Origin: Marsupella aquatica
Lineage: Eukaryota > Plantae > Marchantiophyta
Direction: 5' to 3'
DNA: 64,000 bases
Assembly (NCBI GenBank): GCA_973895155.1
Contig: OZ316895.1
Coordinates: forward strand, 24,619,538-24,683,537
How positions within the stretch are numbered: position 1 is the stretch's first letter; every line of letters begins with the position of its first letter. A program made the translations under genes and the position numbers. This document shows positions 1 to 11,795 of this stretch, piece by piece. The notes under the pieces were generated by a model. It worked only from the letters and a program-made list of their open reading frames with translations, made no database searches and was not told the origin of the DNA.

Positions 1-1602
1 ATCACGGTATGCAGGGGTGTCGTACATCGTATATGTCAGAGTTCGTGTCATCCAGACATGTTTGTCCTCCAGATAGTTCTGATCAATCAAGCTCGTACTT
101 ACGGGACATCTACAGTAACGTCCAAAACAATCCCGAGTGAATAATGAGTACTGAGACTCTGAGAGAACCAAGATGATGCCAGCTTCCAGCAGCTCTCTGC
201 ATCACTGCGGCAGTGGGGTACGCTAGAACCTTTCTCGCGGCAAAATCGCATTTGTTATGTTCAGTCTCGGGCATTGGAGTGCGGCGAATCTTCTCTGCCT
301 TATCCTGCAGGGAAATGATGGAACAGACAGAAGACTCGCTGAGATCTACGAAGTCAGGAATTTCTGAGCTTCACTCGCTCTAAAGAGTATTTTCTGATTG
401 TGATCAGGCTCCCAAGAGCGAATGCGTCTCTGGTGAACGCCTATAAAAACTACAGCAAATACAACGCGACAGGTCGAATGCATTTCGATACCACAGTAAA
501 CCTGGTAAATGTATATTAAAAGGCAACAACGCATGATGTACTGTGTATTTTAATCCAACAATTTTAATAAACTAAACTGGTCTGTTATATCTCTGAGTTT
601 CATTCCTTCTCCGTATTGACGGCAACTTTGTGATCTGCAATGACTGAGATGCCAGGGACTGTCTCTTGCAGGTTTCATGTAAACAGGACAGTATACATGG
701 ACTGTAACCTCAATTCTCAGAGAATCAGATGATAAGAGTGATGTAAAACTACTATATGCTGCTGTCAGGAGCAAAGTAACAAAATCAACAGCGCATTATT
801 ATGAAAATACGGTAGATCATTCCTGCAATAATGGAATTATGAAAACAAACTACAGCTCATTTCACTATTTTTGCGGCGGACGATCTGACTTGCTGAGGAC
901 CTCTGCTTGCCAACAACCCATTGCAGCACTGACTTGGGGTGGGAACTGGGAAGAGGAGCGGGATACCTCTACGTAGAGGCCTCTCATGAATTGATCGACC
1001 TACATCAGACTCGCGTTCGCTGCTGGTTGTCGCATGACCTGTCCTCCCGCTCATTACTGTAGCTGTCAAATCAGGGCCAGGGTTCCAGCACAACCAGCAG
1101 TTCATAGATTCCACAACATGGAAGACCACTCAGGACTCGCAAAAAGGACTAGATGTGGCAGTGTGCCGTAATCAGCGCAATGACGTCGTTGTTCGCTGTA
1201 CTAAGTTGTCTCCAAGAACTCTTCGTGTTGTTAGATGCCTATCATAGCTGCACTGATCAAGGCTGACGATCGTGTTTGGAAGATAGCCAACTCGACCAAC
1301 GGCACGGCAGCTTCATCATGCCTCCACATAGAAACGACCACTGACCCGATTATTTTCTGTTCCTCATCGTGTCAAGAACGAGAAAGCCAAATGGCACTAT
1401 GAACAAGTGAGGAGAACTTCTACATGATGGAAAACCGAAATCCGGGGCTCATTCTCAGAACATGTTTTACCTTTCATGGGTCTTAGTATTTCCTTTCAGT
1501 GATATGAGCTACAAAGAACAGCAGTCACAGTGCATGCAGAGCCATAAAAGGAGATCAAACTAAGAAGTATCAATAGGAAACGTTGCTTTGATTCCCGTGG
1601 TT

Positions 1603-1648
1603 AACATGGTTTAGAAAACATGGTTTAGAAAACATGGTTTAGAAACAT
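1603..1648. repeat. 14-bp tandem repeat (AACATGGTTTAGAA) x3
   Basis: Unit read directly three times in succession. Confidence 0.9.
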
Positions 1649-1905
1649 ATGCAGCTACTCCACATCTGCGCCGGAGCCAGTTGGCTTTTGGGGGCTACTG
1701 TAGCAATTCGTAGTCGTTTAAGCTCTTCCCTAGTCACCGGGAAAGTAGGCGAGCTTGGTGAGCACCAAAAACCGAACACCAAATAGTCTTTCACATAACG
1801 ATACATCGTTGGATTTGACACCAACACCGCTACAGACTAAACCTCCTTCATGGGATGCAGGCAAAGGACTGCTTGCTTCTCACGAGGGGAAAGAAGCTTC
1901 AGCAG

Positions 1906-2053
1906 GACCCAATAGGGCTGTCTCAGTTAGGCACAGAATGATTACGAAACACCATTAAAGAAATGAAGCGCCCAAATGAGACCCAATAGGGCCGTCTCAG
2001 TTAGGCACAGAATGATTACGAAAAACCATTAAAGAAATGAAGCGCCCAAATGA
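1906..2053. repeat. 74-bp tandem duplication
   Basis: GACCCAATAGGGC...GCGCCCAAATGA starts at 1906 and again at 1980, near-identical. Confidence 0.9.
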
Positions 2054-3331
2054 AGAGGCTGGGAATCCCGTCACCTTTGGTTGATACTTCCTAGAAGTTT
2101 GGCACCAGGGCTCGCGATTTCGACCCCAAATGGAGTGTGACTGAGAGAGTCCTTGTCATCCTTTTCAGTACGAAAGAAGGCGTTTCCCTTACAGTTGTCA
2201 CTTCCAGTTATAGAGTATGCATCCAGGCTCCCTCATACCAGGGTATGGAACATCTGGATATTTCAGCGAGAAGTAATTGAGAAGATACTTCTCTCCCAAG
2301 TCGTTCGAGAAAGCTTCAACTAGTTAATTGATGCTGTTTAAGCTAAACTTCGACTTTGCATCATTCCTAAGTATCATTGTTGGGATTCCGGATTTCGCAT
2401 GGACACCTAGCGGAGTTCACGCAGCCGAGTATCTCACCTAACGTTCGGGTTTGGATTATAGCATTGCAGTGTCGCAAAATGTAAAGATTAGCTCACATGA
2501 CGACGAGAGCGAAACACAGCTGTAAACGATTGTCAAGAATACACATGAAGAAACTGAAATCCCGACTGAAATACCGTCACTTTCGATTGGGATAGACTAG
2601 GTTGTCAAACCACGTACAGAATGACCGAAATAACTAATAGATTGTGCATTCCAGTCCTTGCACGGTGCAGTGGATAAAGCTAACGTACAAAATAACCACA
2701 ACGCCTGCAGAAATATAGAGCCACCGACTGGTGAAAAACTTGTCCTGCCTAAAAATTATTTACAGTTATATTCTCTCTCTGGCAACAGCCCTGAGTAACA
2801 AAAGCTACGACACACAGAGATGATTAAACGGCCTTGCTCTCCGGGACTCTCCGATGCTACATCTTCTAATCGCCTCCATATGTTCTTCGGAGCGAGTGCA
2901 TCCTACACTAAAAGAGAATGAAACATCAAGACTGCCATATATGACCTTATCAGAATTGATCTCGAGAAGCTGTAACGTACAATCGTCGTGCCCTTTTCGT
3001 GCAAAGAGCTCTGGCTCATTACCCATCTAAGAAGTTCCTTACAATTCTCAAGTATCTAGTACTCCATTCAGTCGCATCCCCAAATCTTTATCGAAAGCAC
3101 GGGACCACTTTGTGATGAAACGTGGAGTTGACGGCACGATCCGAGGCGTTCCTATTTGTTGGAGACCACGGCGTGTCTGACTGGTAAGCGTTGGGTCTGA
3201 GAATTTCGTAGGAGGTCGAGTTCCCACTGTTTCCCTGAAAATGTATGACACAGAGTCGCTTTGCGTCGCATTCCCGGGTGAGTGAGGTGATTCGGCTCCA
3301 GCTACAGAATCCGTCCACAGTGCTGACGCTG

Positions 3332-3694
3332 TCACTTCTGTTTCCAGAGTGTTGATCCGGATAAGTGACCAATCTTCTTGACCTCTTTAAGAACCCTCGC
3401 TGGTTTGGCAGGACCTGTGACGGTCACCTTGTTCTTGTCGGGGTCGCAGTGGACATTTGCAACGCCATCCATTGCTTTCACCCTCTTGTACACTTTCTCG
3501 ACGCATCCCTCGCAACAAAGGTTCACTTTCAGCTCGGTAACCTGCTCCTTGTCCGTACCGGCAGATTCCTTAGACTCAGGTTGTTTCGCCACGGCCCCTG
3601 AGAGCCACGTCGGGTCATAGTGATTGTACCACGTTGGGTCGAATCCGGCCCCATACGAAGTGAAGTGGAAAAACTCGTTATTCGGAACTGACAT
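3332..3694 (-). CDS. Heavy-metal-associated (HMA) domain protein, HPP-like, copy 1 (120 aa, intronless CDS)
   Basis: ELKVNLCCEGCVEKVYKRVKAMDGVANVHCDPDKNKVTVTG is a typical HMA fold with CxxC. First ATG is at 3694; the ORF-track TTG start lies beyond a probable 5'-UTR intron acceptor (CAG at 3706-3704). No C-terminal CaaX (ends WKQK). Confidence 0.9.
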   Translation of the reverse strand: MSVPNNEFFHFTSYGAGFDPTWYNHYDPTWLSGAVAKQPESKESAGTDKEQVTELKVNLCCEGCVEKVYKRVKAMDGVANVHCDPDKNKVTVTGPAKPARVLKEVKKIGHLSGSTLWKQK

Positions 3695-4211
3695 TATTCC
3701 AACCTGTGCAACGATCAAGACGCAGTAACGAGCAGGGGTGTACCGGCTGCCTCAAATTGAAAGCGAGTCCTGGTCTGATTGAGAGATCGAGCAGCCACAA
3801 GAACTATGCCAAGCTCAGGTTAAGAGACCACGATTGATACCAAAAAGTCGGAACAAGCTCGAGAACTCGAGAAGAAAGAGAATCGAGACCTTCACCAACG
3901 CGTCACCGAATGAAGAGCCGATAGATGCTCTGACTGTGAAGAAGGAGAGTACTCGGGTGACTAGGGAGACGCAGAGCTCCAATGTCTAGTGCATGCAAGG
4001 CGAACCAATTGAGAGAAAAGTAATTGCAGCCTCGATCGAAGAACGAAATAACTCTACCGACTACACTCTCGACGAACCAAAGCACTTAATTGACGAGAGA
4101 GAAGAGAGAGACGTCAAGCTCCCTTGCCAAGTATGAAAGCTCTCATTCACCAAACCGACAGAGGAAAGGTGACCAGAATGGATGCGTTTCGAGAGACAAC
4201 GAGAAGCTTCG

Positions 4212-4381
4212 GTTTATAAATGGTTCCTCTGCTCCTTGAGCTTGAGTGCTGAGTAAGCTGCCTTCCGTGACAGCAGGAGAAAAGACATCTCCAGCGGGCC
4301 GAGACTGGTGGAATTTTAACCAGCAAAATTGCGAACTGTACAGAAATTAGCGCGTACCATACGCGCTCGAAGACTGAGTAC
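4212..4381 (-). promoter_or_regulatory. Putative promoter of HMA copy 1: TATA-like box and three GTAC cores
   Basis: Minus-strand TTTATAAA at ~4213-4220, followed by a CT-rich leader-like tract (~4094-4110). GTAC at 4338, 4354 and 4378. Confidence 0.45.
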
Positions 4382-5502
4382 ATCCTACGGCCCCACCCAC
4401 ATGGACTTACCGGTCCACAGAAGTCGTCTCTTGTTTGACGGATGTTTGCAACCCAGCTTTGTTCTTCACACAGGCCACCGAAAAAGGGAAGAGATTAAGA
4501 TCTGCCATGAATTTAAGTGAGCAGGTGAAGATTTCATTCAATTGGAGCCTACTGAGTGAAAATGAGCTCAAGTGAAACTACTGTAGATGAAACTAAACTA
4601 GAGCTAACAAAAAAATATTTTAAATGGAACCTACTGATACTAAGCCCAGCCACGCAGTGAAAAAATAATAATTTAACAAGTAAAAGTCTCCTTTGATGGC
4701 AAAGCACTTTCCAACCCATTTAATACAAAGTCTAAGCACAAATCTAAGAATGATTGGGGAACTACTATTAGACCTACTCCCTACCACATCTCTACGACTA
4801 CACGGCGCTTAATCCCATCACTTATTCCTACAGCTAAGATGCCCATCACATCCAACCATATCACCACTGAACATACCATTTGGCAGCTCAACACTACTCC
4901 ACTAAATCAAAAGGACGGAATTTTAGGGAAAAATCAGCACTGTGAAGGTGAATTTTCAAAATTATTTGCTTCCGGTGACTTCTTCTCCTCCTTTGAATAT
5001 ATCAGTGTACAATCTAACAGCCACTGCTCGACTTAGAGACACCAGCACTTATACCATTATTACACCTAAGTGACACAGCAAATGTAGTCAGGATTTCACT
5101 TCATAAATAATGCTAAACTAGAGTGTCATGATTGACGAATGATAATATTGTTGGTGAGGCATGTATTTCCAGCGCACTGATCCAACACAACGGATGTCAA
5201 TATGACCTCTAGATTGGGTAGTCACAGCCAAGCACTGGGTTCCATGGTTCCCAATAAGGATTAGCGGCATTGCATTGAAACACAATTTGCCAAATAAAGC
5301 CCATTAACGAGGCAGTCAAAATGGGGGCACAAAGTCATTTGAATTTTCTGGCGTTCATTTTAAGCGCAACTTTTTAACTTCGTGTCTGTCACCAAGAAAC
5401 GGATGAGTTCTTTTTAAGAACTATTAGATTTTGTTGTGTGGGGTGGGGGCAAACGAAACCGAGCCCAACCAAAAACATATTTGAGGCTCAAGAGAACTCT
5501 CA

Positions 5503-5770
5503 TTTTTATTAATAAGACAGAAAGGGAAAGAGCAAAGCTCTATGGGCTGGGGAAAAGCCAACGCAGAGGATCAGAGAACAATCACAGGTAGCACTCAAAA
5601 CCAGCCAAAAAATGCCACCAAGAATTAGACCTTTCGGTAGCATAGCGTAAGATGGAAGCCCAGAACCTATTCTTTTCTGGAAAGACCAAAGTCTTGAAAA
5701 GCCAAAGTTCTGGACTGTACAGATGTTGCGATGCCGTATTGAGGCCATGAAGGATTGCTGGCCACCCCAC
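5503..5770 (-). mobile_element. Possible short 3' remnant of a LINE
   Basis: Minus strand is GT-rich, 3'-UTR-like and ends in TTATTAATAAAAA. No coding motif, so compositional evidence only. Confidence 0.25.
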
Positions 5771-5914
5771 CCCTCCTGTGATAAAATAATATAATCTGGG
5801 CAGCAGCAGATTACTGTAGAGGACCTCGAGTCTGGCCCACTCTGCGGTTATTAGTGGTATGTATATGTATGCTCTAGTGAGTGAAAGTTTCTACTGTGTT
5901 ACTGTATTCTCGAC

Positions 5915-5970
5915 CCGTACATGAGTACCGTGGGTTGGGCTCTAGCGCGTCCTCGCGAGCTCTTTTATAA
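5915..5970 (+). promoter_or_regulatory. Putative promoter of HMA copy 2: CCGTAC/GTAC pair and TATA-like box
   Basis: CCGTACATGAGTAC at 5915-5928 and TTTATAA at 5964-5970, followed by a CT-rich leader-like tract (6060-6100). Confidence 0.45.
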
Positions 5971-6329
5971 CAAGCCTGGGAGGTGAAGGTGGGGATCAGT
6001 ATTGTAATCCTCGCCTGCCTTTCGACTTCCAGTCTTCAGCTTCGTCTTGAACGAATTGGAGCTTTCCTTCTCTATCTTCTCGCTCACTCCGCTTCTTCAA
6101 TCTGTGTCCCATCCAGTAGCCAGCGACTAGGTTTGTCGACCGGTTCTCTGTTCACAGTTTAGTTCCAGATTCTCACCGCATTTTGTTTTGGACATGAATC
6201 CATTCTCAAGACCGTAGGTTCATCATTGACGATCTGCTGTGAAAGTTGAAGGGTTGGAGCTAAGATTCTCTTGCCGACAGACCCAGCATCGAGTTGAATT
6301 TGCCGTAGTGCTTGTGAGAATCAGCGAAG

Positions 6330-7341
6330 ATGTTACGAGGGAACGAGGTGAGACTCAATTGAATGTCATCATTGGGACTCCATCGTGGGATTTTCTTATC
6401 CCGCTGTTCGCTTGTGTGGGCTCTGCATGTGTGCTGCTATGTTTGAAGGATGATTGATCGCTGTTCGGTATCCGTCGTTGCTTTGCAGTTTTTCTATGAG
6501 CAGGACGAGAGTGCTCAATTCATAGTTCAAACCACTGCTCGTCAGATAATCAGAGACCCCAAGCTGTTCACTGCAAACCCAATCACCCCAGCAAAGGCAG
6601 CGGCTCCAGAGAAGGAAAAGGACAAGAACAAGGTAAGATGCCTGTGCCGGACATGATTGTTAGTGTCTGTAGGGAGATCGAACCACTCTGAAAGCGATCG
6701 ATCGAGTTTGTCAGTTCGAATTCAGATCATTCGCTTCTGTACGTACGACATGAATGATTGCGTTGATGTCATTGTTAAGGTCGCTGACCGACCAAGCCTG
6801 CTGACGAAGCTCCATTGTCCGTCCTGCGCAGCCGATCGTTATGAGTGTTTCCATATGCTGCTCGTCGTGTGTGGATAACATAGAAGCGGACTTCAAAAAA
6901 GTGACAGGTTTGTTTCCGCGTCTTTCGCTACTTGTCTATAGAACCTCGCTGATTGTTAATCCCTTAATTGATTCTCTAACAACAGTCGATCAAGGCAACA
7001 AAATTGAATACGTTGCTCGGCATTCATTGTCTGCCTCGTGGTTTTAGGACCTAAGCACTGTCAGACTCGTATGAATTCATTTGCCTTCCAGTGCCTGCTG
7101 TTTGCTGTGACTTCAGGCGTGTATCCCATTTGTGCAGGTCTCGGGTGGGATCTTCACAGCTGTTTTTTCACAACTGATTTTCTCTTTGCATTTCCTTCTT
7201 CGATGGATGCACGCAGGGATCAAAACTGTTGTCTGTGACATCTATCGAAAAAAGGTGACGGTGACGGGGACCGCCACTCTGGCCGACGTGCTTTCGGCTG
7301 CGAGGAGGCATTTCAAGGACGCCGAAATCTCGGATGACTGA
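6330..7341 (+). CDS. HMA domain protein, HPP-like, copy 2 (120 aa; exons 6330-6347, 6489-6632, 6832-6907, 7217-7341)
   Basis: Three GT-AG introns (GTGAGA..TTGCAG, GTAAGA..GCGCAG, GTTTGT..ACGCAG) join in frame to give MLRGNE|FFYEQDESAQ...EKDKNK|PIVMSVSICCSSCVDNIEADFKKVT|GIKTVVCDIYRKKVTVTGTATLADVLSAARRHFKDAEISDD*. The spliced N-terminus reproduces the NE-FFY motif of the paralogues. Probable 5'-UTR intron at 6131-6280. Confidence 0.85.
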
Positions 7342-7559
7342 GCTCCCCCTATCCGATCTGTTATCTTGTAAGACTTCGAACCAATGCGTATGCATCCAGC
7401 TTATTGCTTGTACAGCCAGGAGATCCTGCTCTGCTCCTCGTTTCTCGAACTAATGCGCACAGTTCTCGCGTAGTAGGCTGACTTGCTGTTTTGAACATAG
7501 ATATGCAGCCGTTAGTACTTTCAAACTTTATGTCACATTCCAAGGCAAATTCCTAATCC

Positions 7560-8300
7560 TCTTGCAACAAACTCAGTCGAGTAGACAGTGACCCTCCGCC
7601 CTTCGGCGTTTTTTCTGTGTGTGCGCAGGAACTTTTGTACAGAAGTGCTGCAAGGGTGCTGTCCATGGACGGTGTGCGCGCCGGCATGGCCTTCGCATCC
7701 TTGAAATCTTTGACGGTCCGCAGCACCCTTGAAATGCGGAAACATGTTCTACAAATTCTTCGACCTTGTACTTCCATGGCAGAATTCTTGATGTAAACCG
7801 TGTCACGATGTCTATTTCGGAGTCACACGGATCGGTGGTAGTGAGCTGAGTTCTATAGGTGTAGTATTTCTCTACAGCAGGGTGATGTCCCGTTGCAATT
7901 TTGGCTGATGCTTGTACATAATTGTTATAGTTTTCGTACCTTACCGAAACATTGTACAATCCCGGAACGTTTCGCATATTTAAACATTTTTGGTACTCGT
8001 ACCTCTAGTCGCATTCTATTTTCAGATGTGGCATACCTCCACAGCGCATGTCGTGTGTGGGGCTTGTCTAATATTTATCTTTGTTATCCCAAATTGCCCA
8101 CTGGTTTTCTGAGCTATCAGTCTGCGGAAGAATTGGAAGCACTGCCAATGACATGTCCAATATGTGTGGGGGAATTACCCTTTCATCTCTCCCCGTCGAT
8201 ATGCTTGAGCATTCAGTGCCAAATCTCTGGATTGACGGAAGATAAACGCAACTCATCGAGTAAATGGCCAAGTCTTTTCCCCTCAGTGCACCCTGGTAGA
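7560..8300 (-). pseudogene. Possible degenerate Pif1-like (Helitron-type) helicase fragment
   Basis: In order, across shifting frames: LR..KD / LLDELRL..V.PEIW (~8290-8230), LKIEC...LNMRNVPGLYNVSV (~8025-7942), RQRF...AGAHTVHGQ / TL (~7716-7650). These resemble the Pif1 motifs RQxDxxFxxLLxxLRxG, LKVGxxVMLxxNxxxxLxNGS and RxQFPLxLAWAxTxHKSQGxTL. Stops and frameshifts are present. Confidence 0.35.
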
Positions 8301-10052
8301 CTGAGGAGACCTCATTTCTAACATTGCGTGAAGAACTTTTCCGGGTAATTTGGTACCGCCATATGCCACACCCGAAGTATAGACGTTTTTCTACCAAGGA
8401 AAAGGTGACTACACCTAGATTCAGTGAAACGAAGACAACGGGTGAAATGAAGTTGGATCACTGCTCTTCAAGTCCCAAAGACTCGTAATCTTCAGATTAA
8501 ATTTTCCGCACCTACGCACATTGAATAATGCTACTCTGGTCGTGGGGCATTGTTGTGCCAAAACGATCTCATTCACAAATTGTCTCATTTTGGTGGTTTC
8601 GCTCTAAACTCGAAGTCTCTTTCTGGTTGTTTCATTCTCTGCCCTAGCAAAAAGACTTTGTGGCACCTTTAGCCGTTAGTCAAATCCTGACTGGTACCAT
8701 GCCCGCAACAGGCAGATGTGACGATACGTTGTTGGGGGATATTTGGGACATTTTTAGTGCCTGGCCCGGAGCAACTCAGCTCACAATTTGCTTCCCACCT
8801 TTCATAAAACTATTGATGGGCTGTCTGCCTGCCCAATTAAGCTATCGCAGGTGATGTTTGCGTGGCGATGAACAGATGTAATGACGCCATGTGTACAGTC
8901 GGGCAGATCATAGCAAGATCTTTAGTGCCTGAGCCTCACTCCACTTTGCTTCTCATCTCCCAAAAACCATCGATGGGCTGCCTGCCTGCCCAAGCTATTC
9001 ATTTGGACGTGCACCGGCCTTTTAGATGATTTCCCGGCTGATATAGAAAGCACATGGGATTCATGGGCCCACGTTGTCACGCTGGGAACGTCGCCTGAAA
9101 TAGCCAAAGAGGAAGAAAATGTCAAGATGGGCAACATGACTCAGATCTCTGGGGGCTCCACCTTCAGTTGGATCTCCAGTAACCAACCTGGCTCTCCAGC
9201 CTTTTGAAACAATGATGACGGCGAGTTAGAAGTTTGAATGCTTGTATGATTCTCCCCTAGTTGTATCTCTTATTATATATTATCAGCAGGCCATACTGGT
9301 TGACTTGGACGGGTGCTATTAGGCAAGCCACTTATCGGAATGCAAGGTTTACCTTTCATGATCCCGCGAGGTGTCCTGTAAGGGTCGACAGTCGTAACAA
9401 ATTGATGATTTTACTCGAAGCTATCTATCAACACTCCCGTCATGGAAGACAGAAATCCATAGGCGACCCTTGAGTCAACTAAACAGACATGCGAATGTAC
9501 TGGAGGTTCAGTTTTTTGCCTTGAAAGATTTCATTAAATCCCATTCTTGGTTTTCTCCTTGAAACGTTCATATTGGATCCAATTTACTGGAGGAGCTGAC
9601 AGCGAGGGCTTCCCAGAGGAGCGACTAGAGAGGCCTGGGTGGACCGAGGGGGCTGAAGTTTCTCTTGTTCCCACTGAGGTAGGCAGCATTATTGTGTCGA
9701 CTGTGACCATACAGTAAGTAAGGAATGAGCTGTTGTGCCTTGAGAATCCAACCTGAACAACTTTAAGGAGAATAATTCCTGTATATTGCAGCAAAGAAAC
9801 ACAGCCCACGAGGAAGGGAGGCGAAACCCAGACAAAACCAGCCAGGGCCAGAATGTGTGTATTCCATTTCCAAAAACAAATTAATGTGTATAATCACAAT
9901 TCCCAAAACCAAGGGTGCCAAAAGCGGGAGACACTATCACAAAGGCAGGGGATGAGGAGACCCATCAATGGATGTGTGACTACAGTAGAGGCAGCTACGA
10001 ATAGGTGTTGTCATTAATTGGCTTTAACGTGTGTGGTTCGCTTGTTACATTT

Positions 10053-10090
10053 TATTGTATTGTATTGTATTGGATGGATGGATGGATTGG
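10053..10090. repeat. Compound microsatellite (ATTGT)n-(TGGA)n
   Basis: Read directly. Confidence 0.8.
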
Positions 10091-10462
10091 ACACGTTAAC
10101 GAATACCTCCAGGGAAATTTTACTATACCCCACCTAGTCACAGCAAGATTTCATGAAAAGATTCTTTGAAGAGCTTTTCCCAACAAAACTTCTATCACCT
10201 ATTTTCAAGTAAGAGTGAAAATAAAACCAAGTTTCACTACGGCATTCTTTAACAAATACTATGTGATTGTTTATTTGAGTGTTTGCAATATGATTTACGG
10301 TAATTTTGTAGGTCTAAGTGTGAAATAGTTTTCCAGGTTTTGTGTATATAGCGCATGTTCGTCCGGGAACATTTTTTCATTTTGTGTCTTCATTAGTGGT
10401 GATCGAGACTATGGCATGATAGGAATGTCTCGGGTCAGCAACTCAGTAATCCCAAGGCCCAA

Positions 10463-10604
10463 TGGTGTATAGTTGTCTTGTAAAATGATCTCTTCCTACT
10501 TCTCCCAAAAGCCTACTGGTGTATAGTTGCCTTGTAAAATTATCTCTTCCTACTTCTTCCAGGGTCCACTGGTGCATATTTGTCTTGTAAAATGATCTCT
10601 TCCT
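10463..10604. repeat. ~54-bp tandem repeat x2.7
   Basis: TGGTGTATAGTTGTCTTGTAAAATGATCTCTTCCT-like units at 10463, 10517 and 10570. Confidence 0.85.
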
Positions 10605-11190
10605 CCTCTTTCCAGATGCAACGCTTGTCAATATTCAATTAGAAGAATATTAGAAGAATGTAGCATCAGAATTTTTTGCTTGGTTTCCCTTTTGTGCTTT
10701 ACAGATTTGAACGCACTACAGCCACTCATTCCTAGCTAGCAGTCACAGCATTCCTGCAATTGATGCTCTAGAATGGAGGTCTGAACTGTGTCCAAGCAAC
10801 AACTGGCATTGCGAAAGTCCTCAGCAAACCACTATTGAGGTCTGATACTCCTTTTTAAAAACATTATAAACAGGAAAGCCGAGCCCAACACCAGCTTCCC
10901 CCAAACCAGGAAGAGGTGGTTTAACAGTCAGATGGAAAATCCTCATTTATTGAACTCTGCAATCAAAATCCCCCCTAATCCTAATATTTTTTGTTTTTAA
11001 TTTGTCCCTGTCCCTAAATGTTTATTTCGCAATCATGTAAAAGATCTCCTACCCACATGGCACAGCCGGAATTTGACCTGAACGTCCTCTGAATGCACGA
11101 TCCTCGGAATGCAATTAATATTGTAGCTACCCGTACTACTATGAGAAAACTTACACAATACATAGTAGTACTCAAACTCTTTCATATAGA

Positions 11191-11795
11191 CCCGGTTTGA
11201 CCTTGCCCGTCAAACTGGCCGAAAATCATCGGCAAATCGGCAACCCGGCACCCGGGTTCGGGAGCAGTCCGGGCCGGGACAAGTTCGGGAGACATTCGGG
11301 CCGGGTTCGGGCGAGATTTGGGGGAGGTCCGGGGAGTTCGGGCGAGGGGGAGTTCGGGCGAGGGGGAGTCTGGGCCGGGTTCAGGGGAGTTCGGGTGAGG
11401 TTCGGGGGACCGGGAGTTCAGGGTAGGTCGGGGGAGTTCGGGGGAGGGTCGGGGGAGGGTCGGGGGAGTTCGGGGGAGTTCGGGAAGGGTCCGGGTTCGG
11501 GTCCGGGGGAGTCCGGGACTCTAAACCCCGCCCTCCTTCCCCCAGCCCCGACCCCAGACCCGGCCCCGGCTGGCTGCCACCCCGAACCAGGGTCCGGGGG
11601 AGTCTGGGTTCGGGTCTGGGGGAGTCCGGGAAGGGTCCGGGTGAGTTCGGGAGGAGTCCAGGAAGGGTCCGGGGGAGTCCGGGTGAATTCGGGAGAATAT
11701 TGTGGAATATCCGTCAAATTGATCATTTTTGAGCCGTCATTTGACAGTTTGACGTGCCCGGCAAGCCATCAACTTGCCCGTCAGGTTAAACCGGG
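11191..11795. mobile_element. Non-autonomous DNA transposon (605 bp, G-rich), 13-bp TIR, 8-bp TSD; hAT-like by TSD length
   Basis: TIRs CCCGGTTTGACCT / AGGTTAAACCGGG (12/13). Exact flanking duplication CATATAGA at 11183-11190 and 11796-11803. Interior is built of GGGGAGTTCG/GGGTCCGG units. Confidence 0.85.

Noticed and set aside
4760-4920. SNHIT...WQLNTTPL as a LINE endonuclease C-terminal remnant
   Set aside because: Too short and too degenerate to support.
6194-6217. Upstream ATG (MNPFSRP*) as start of HMA copy 2
   Set aside because: Its donor site is phase 2 and does not fit the phase-0 exon at 6489. It lies within a probable 5'-UTR intron (6131-6280). ATG 6330 fits the phase and restores the family motif.
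7553-7777. ORF with ICRTC as a sixth HMA gene
   Set aside because: CxxC is present, but the GV..V.CD..KVTV half of the domain is missing; the region is better explained as another relic.
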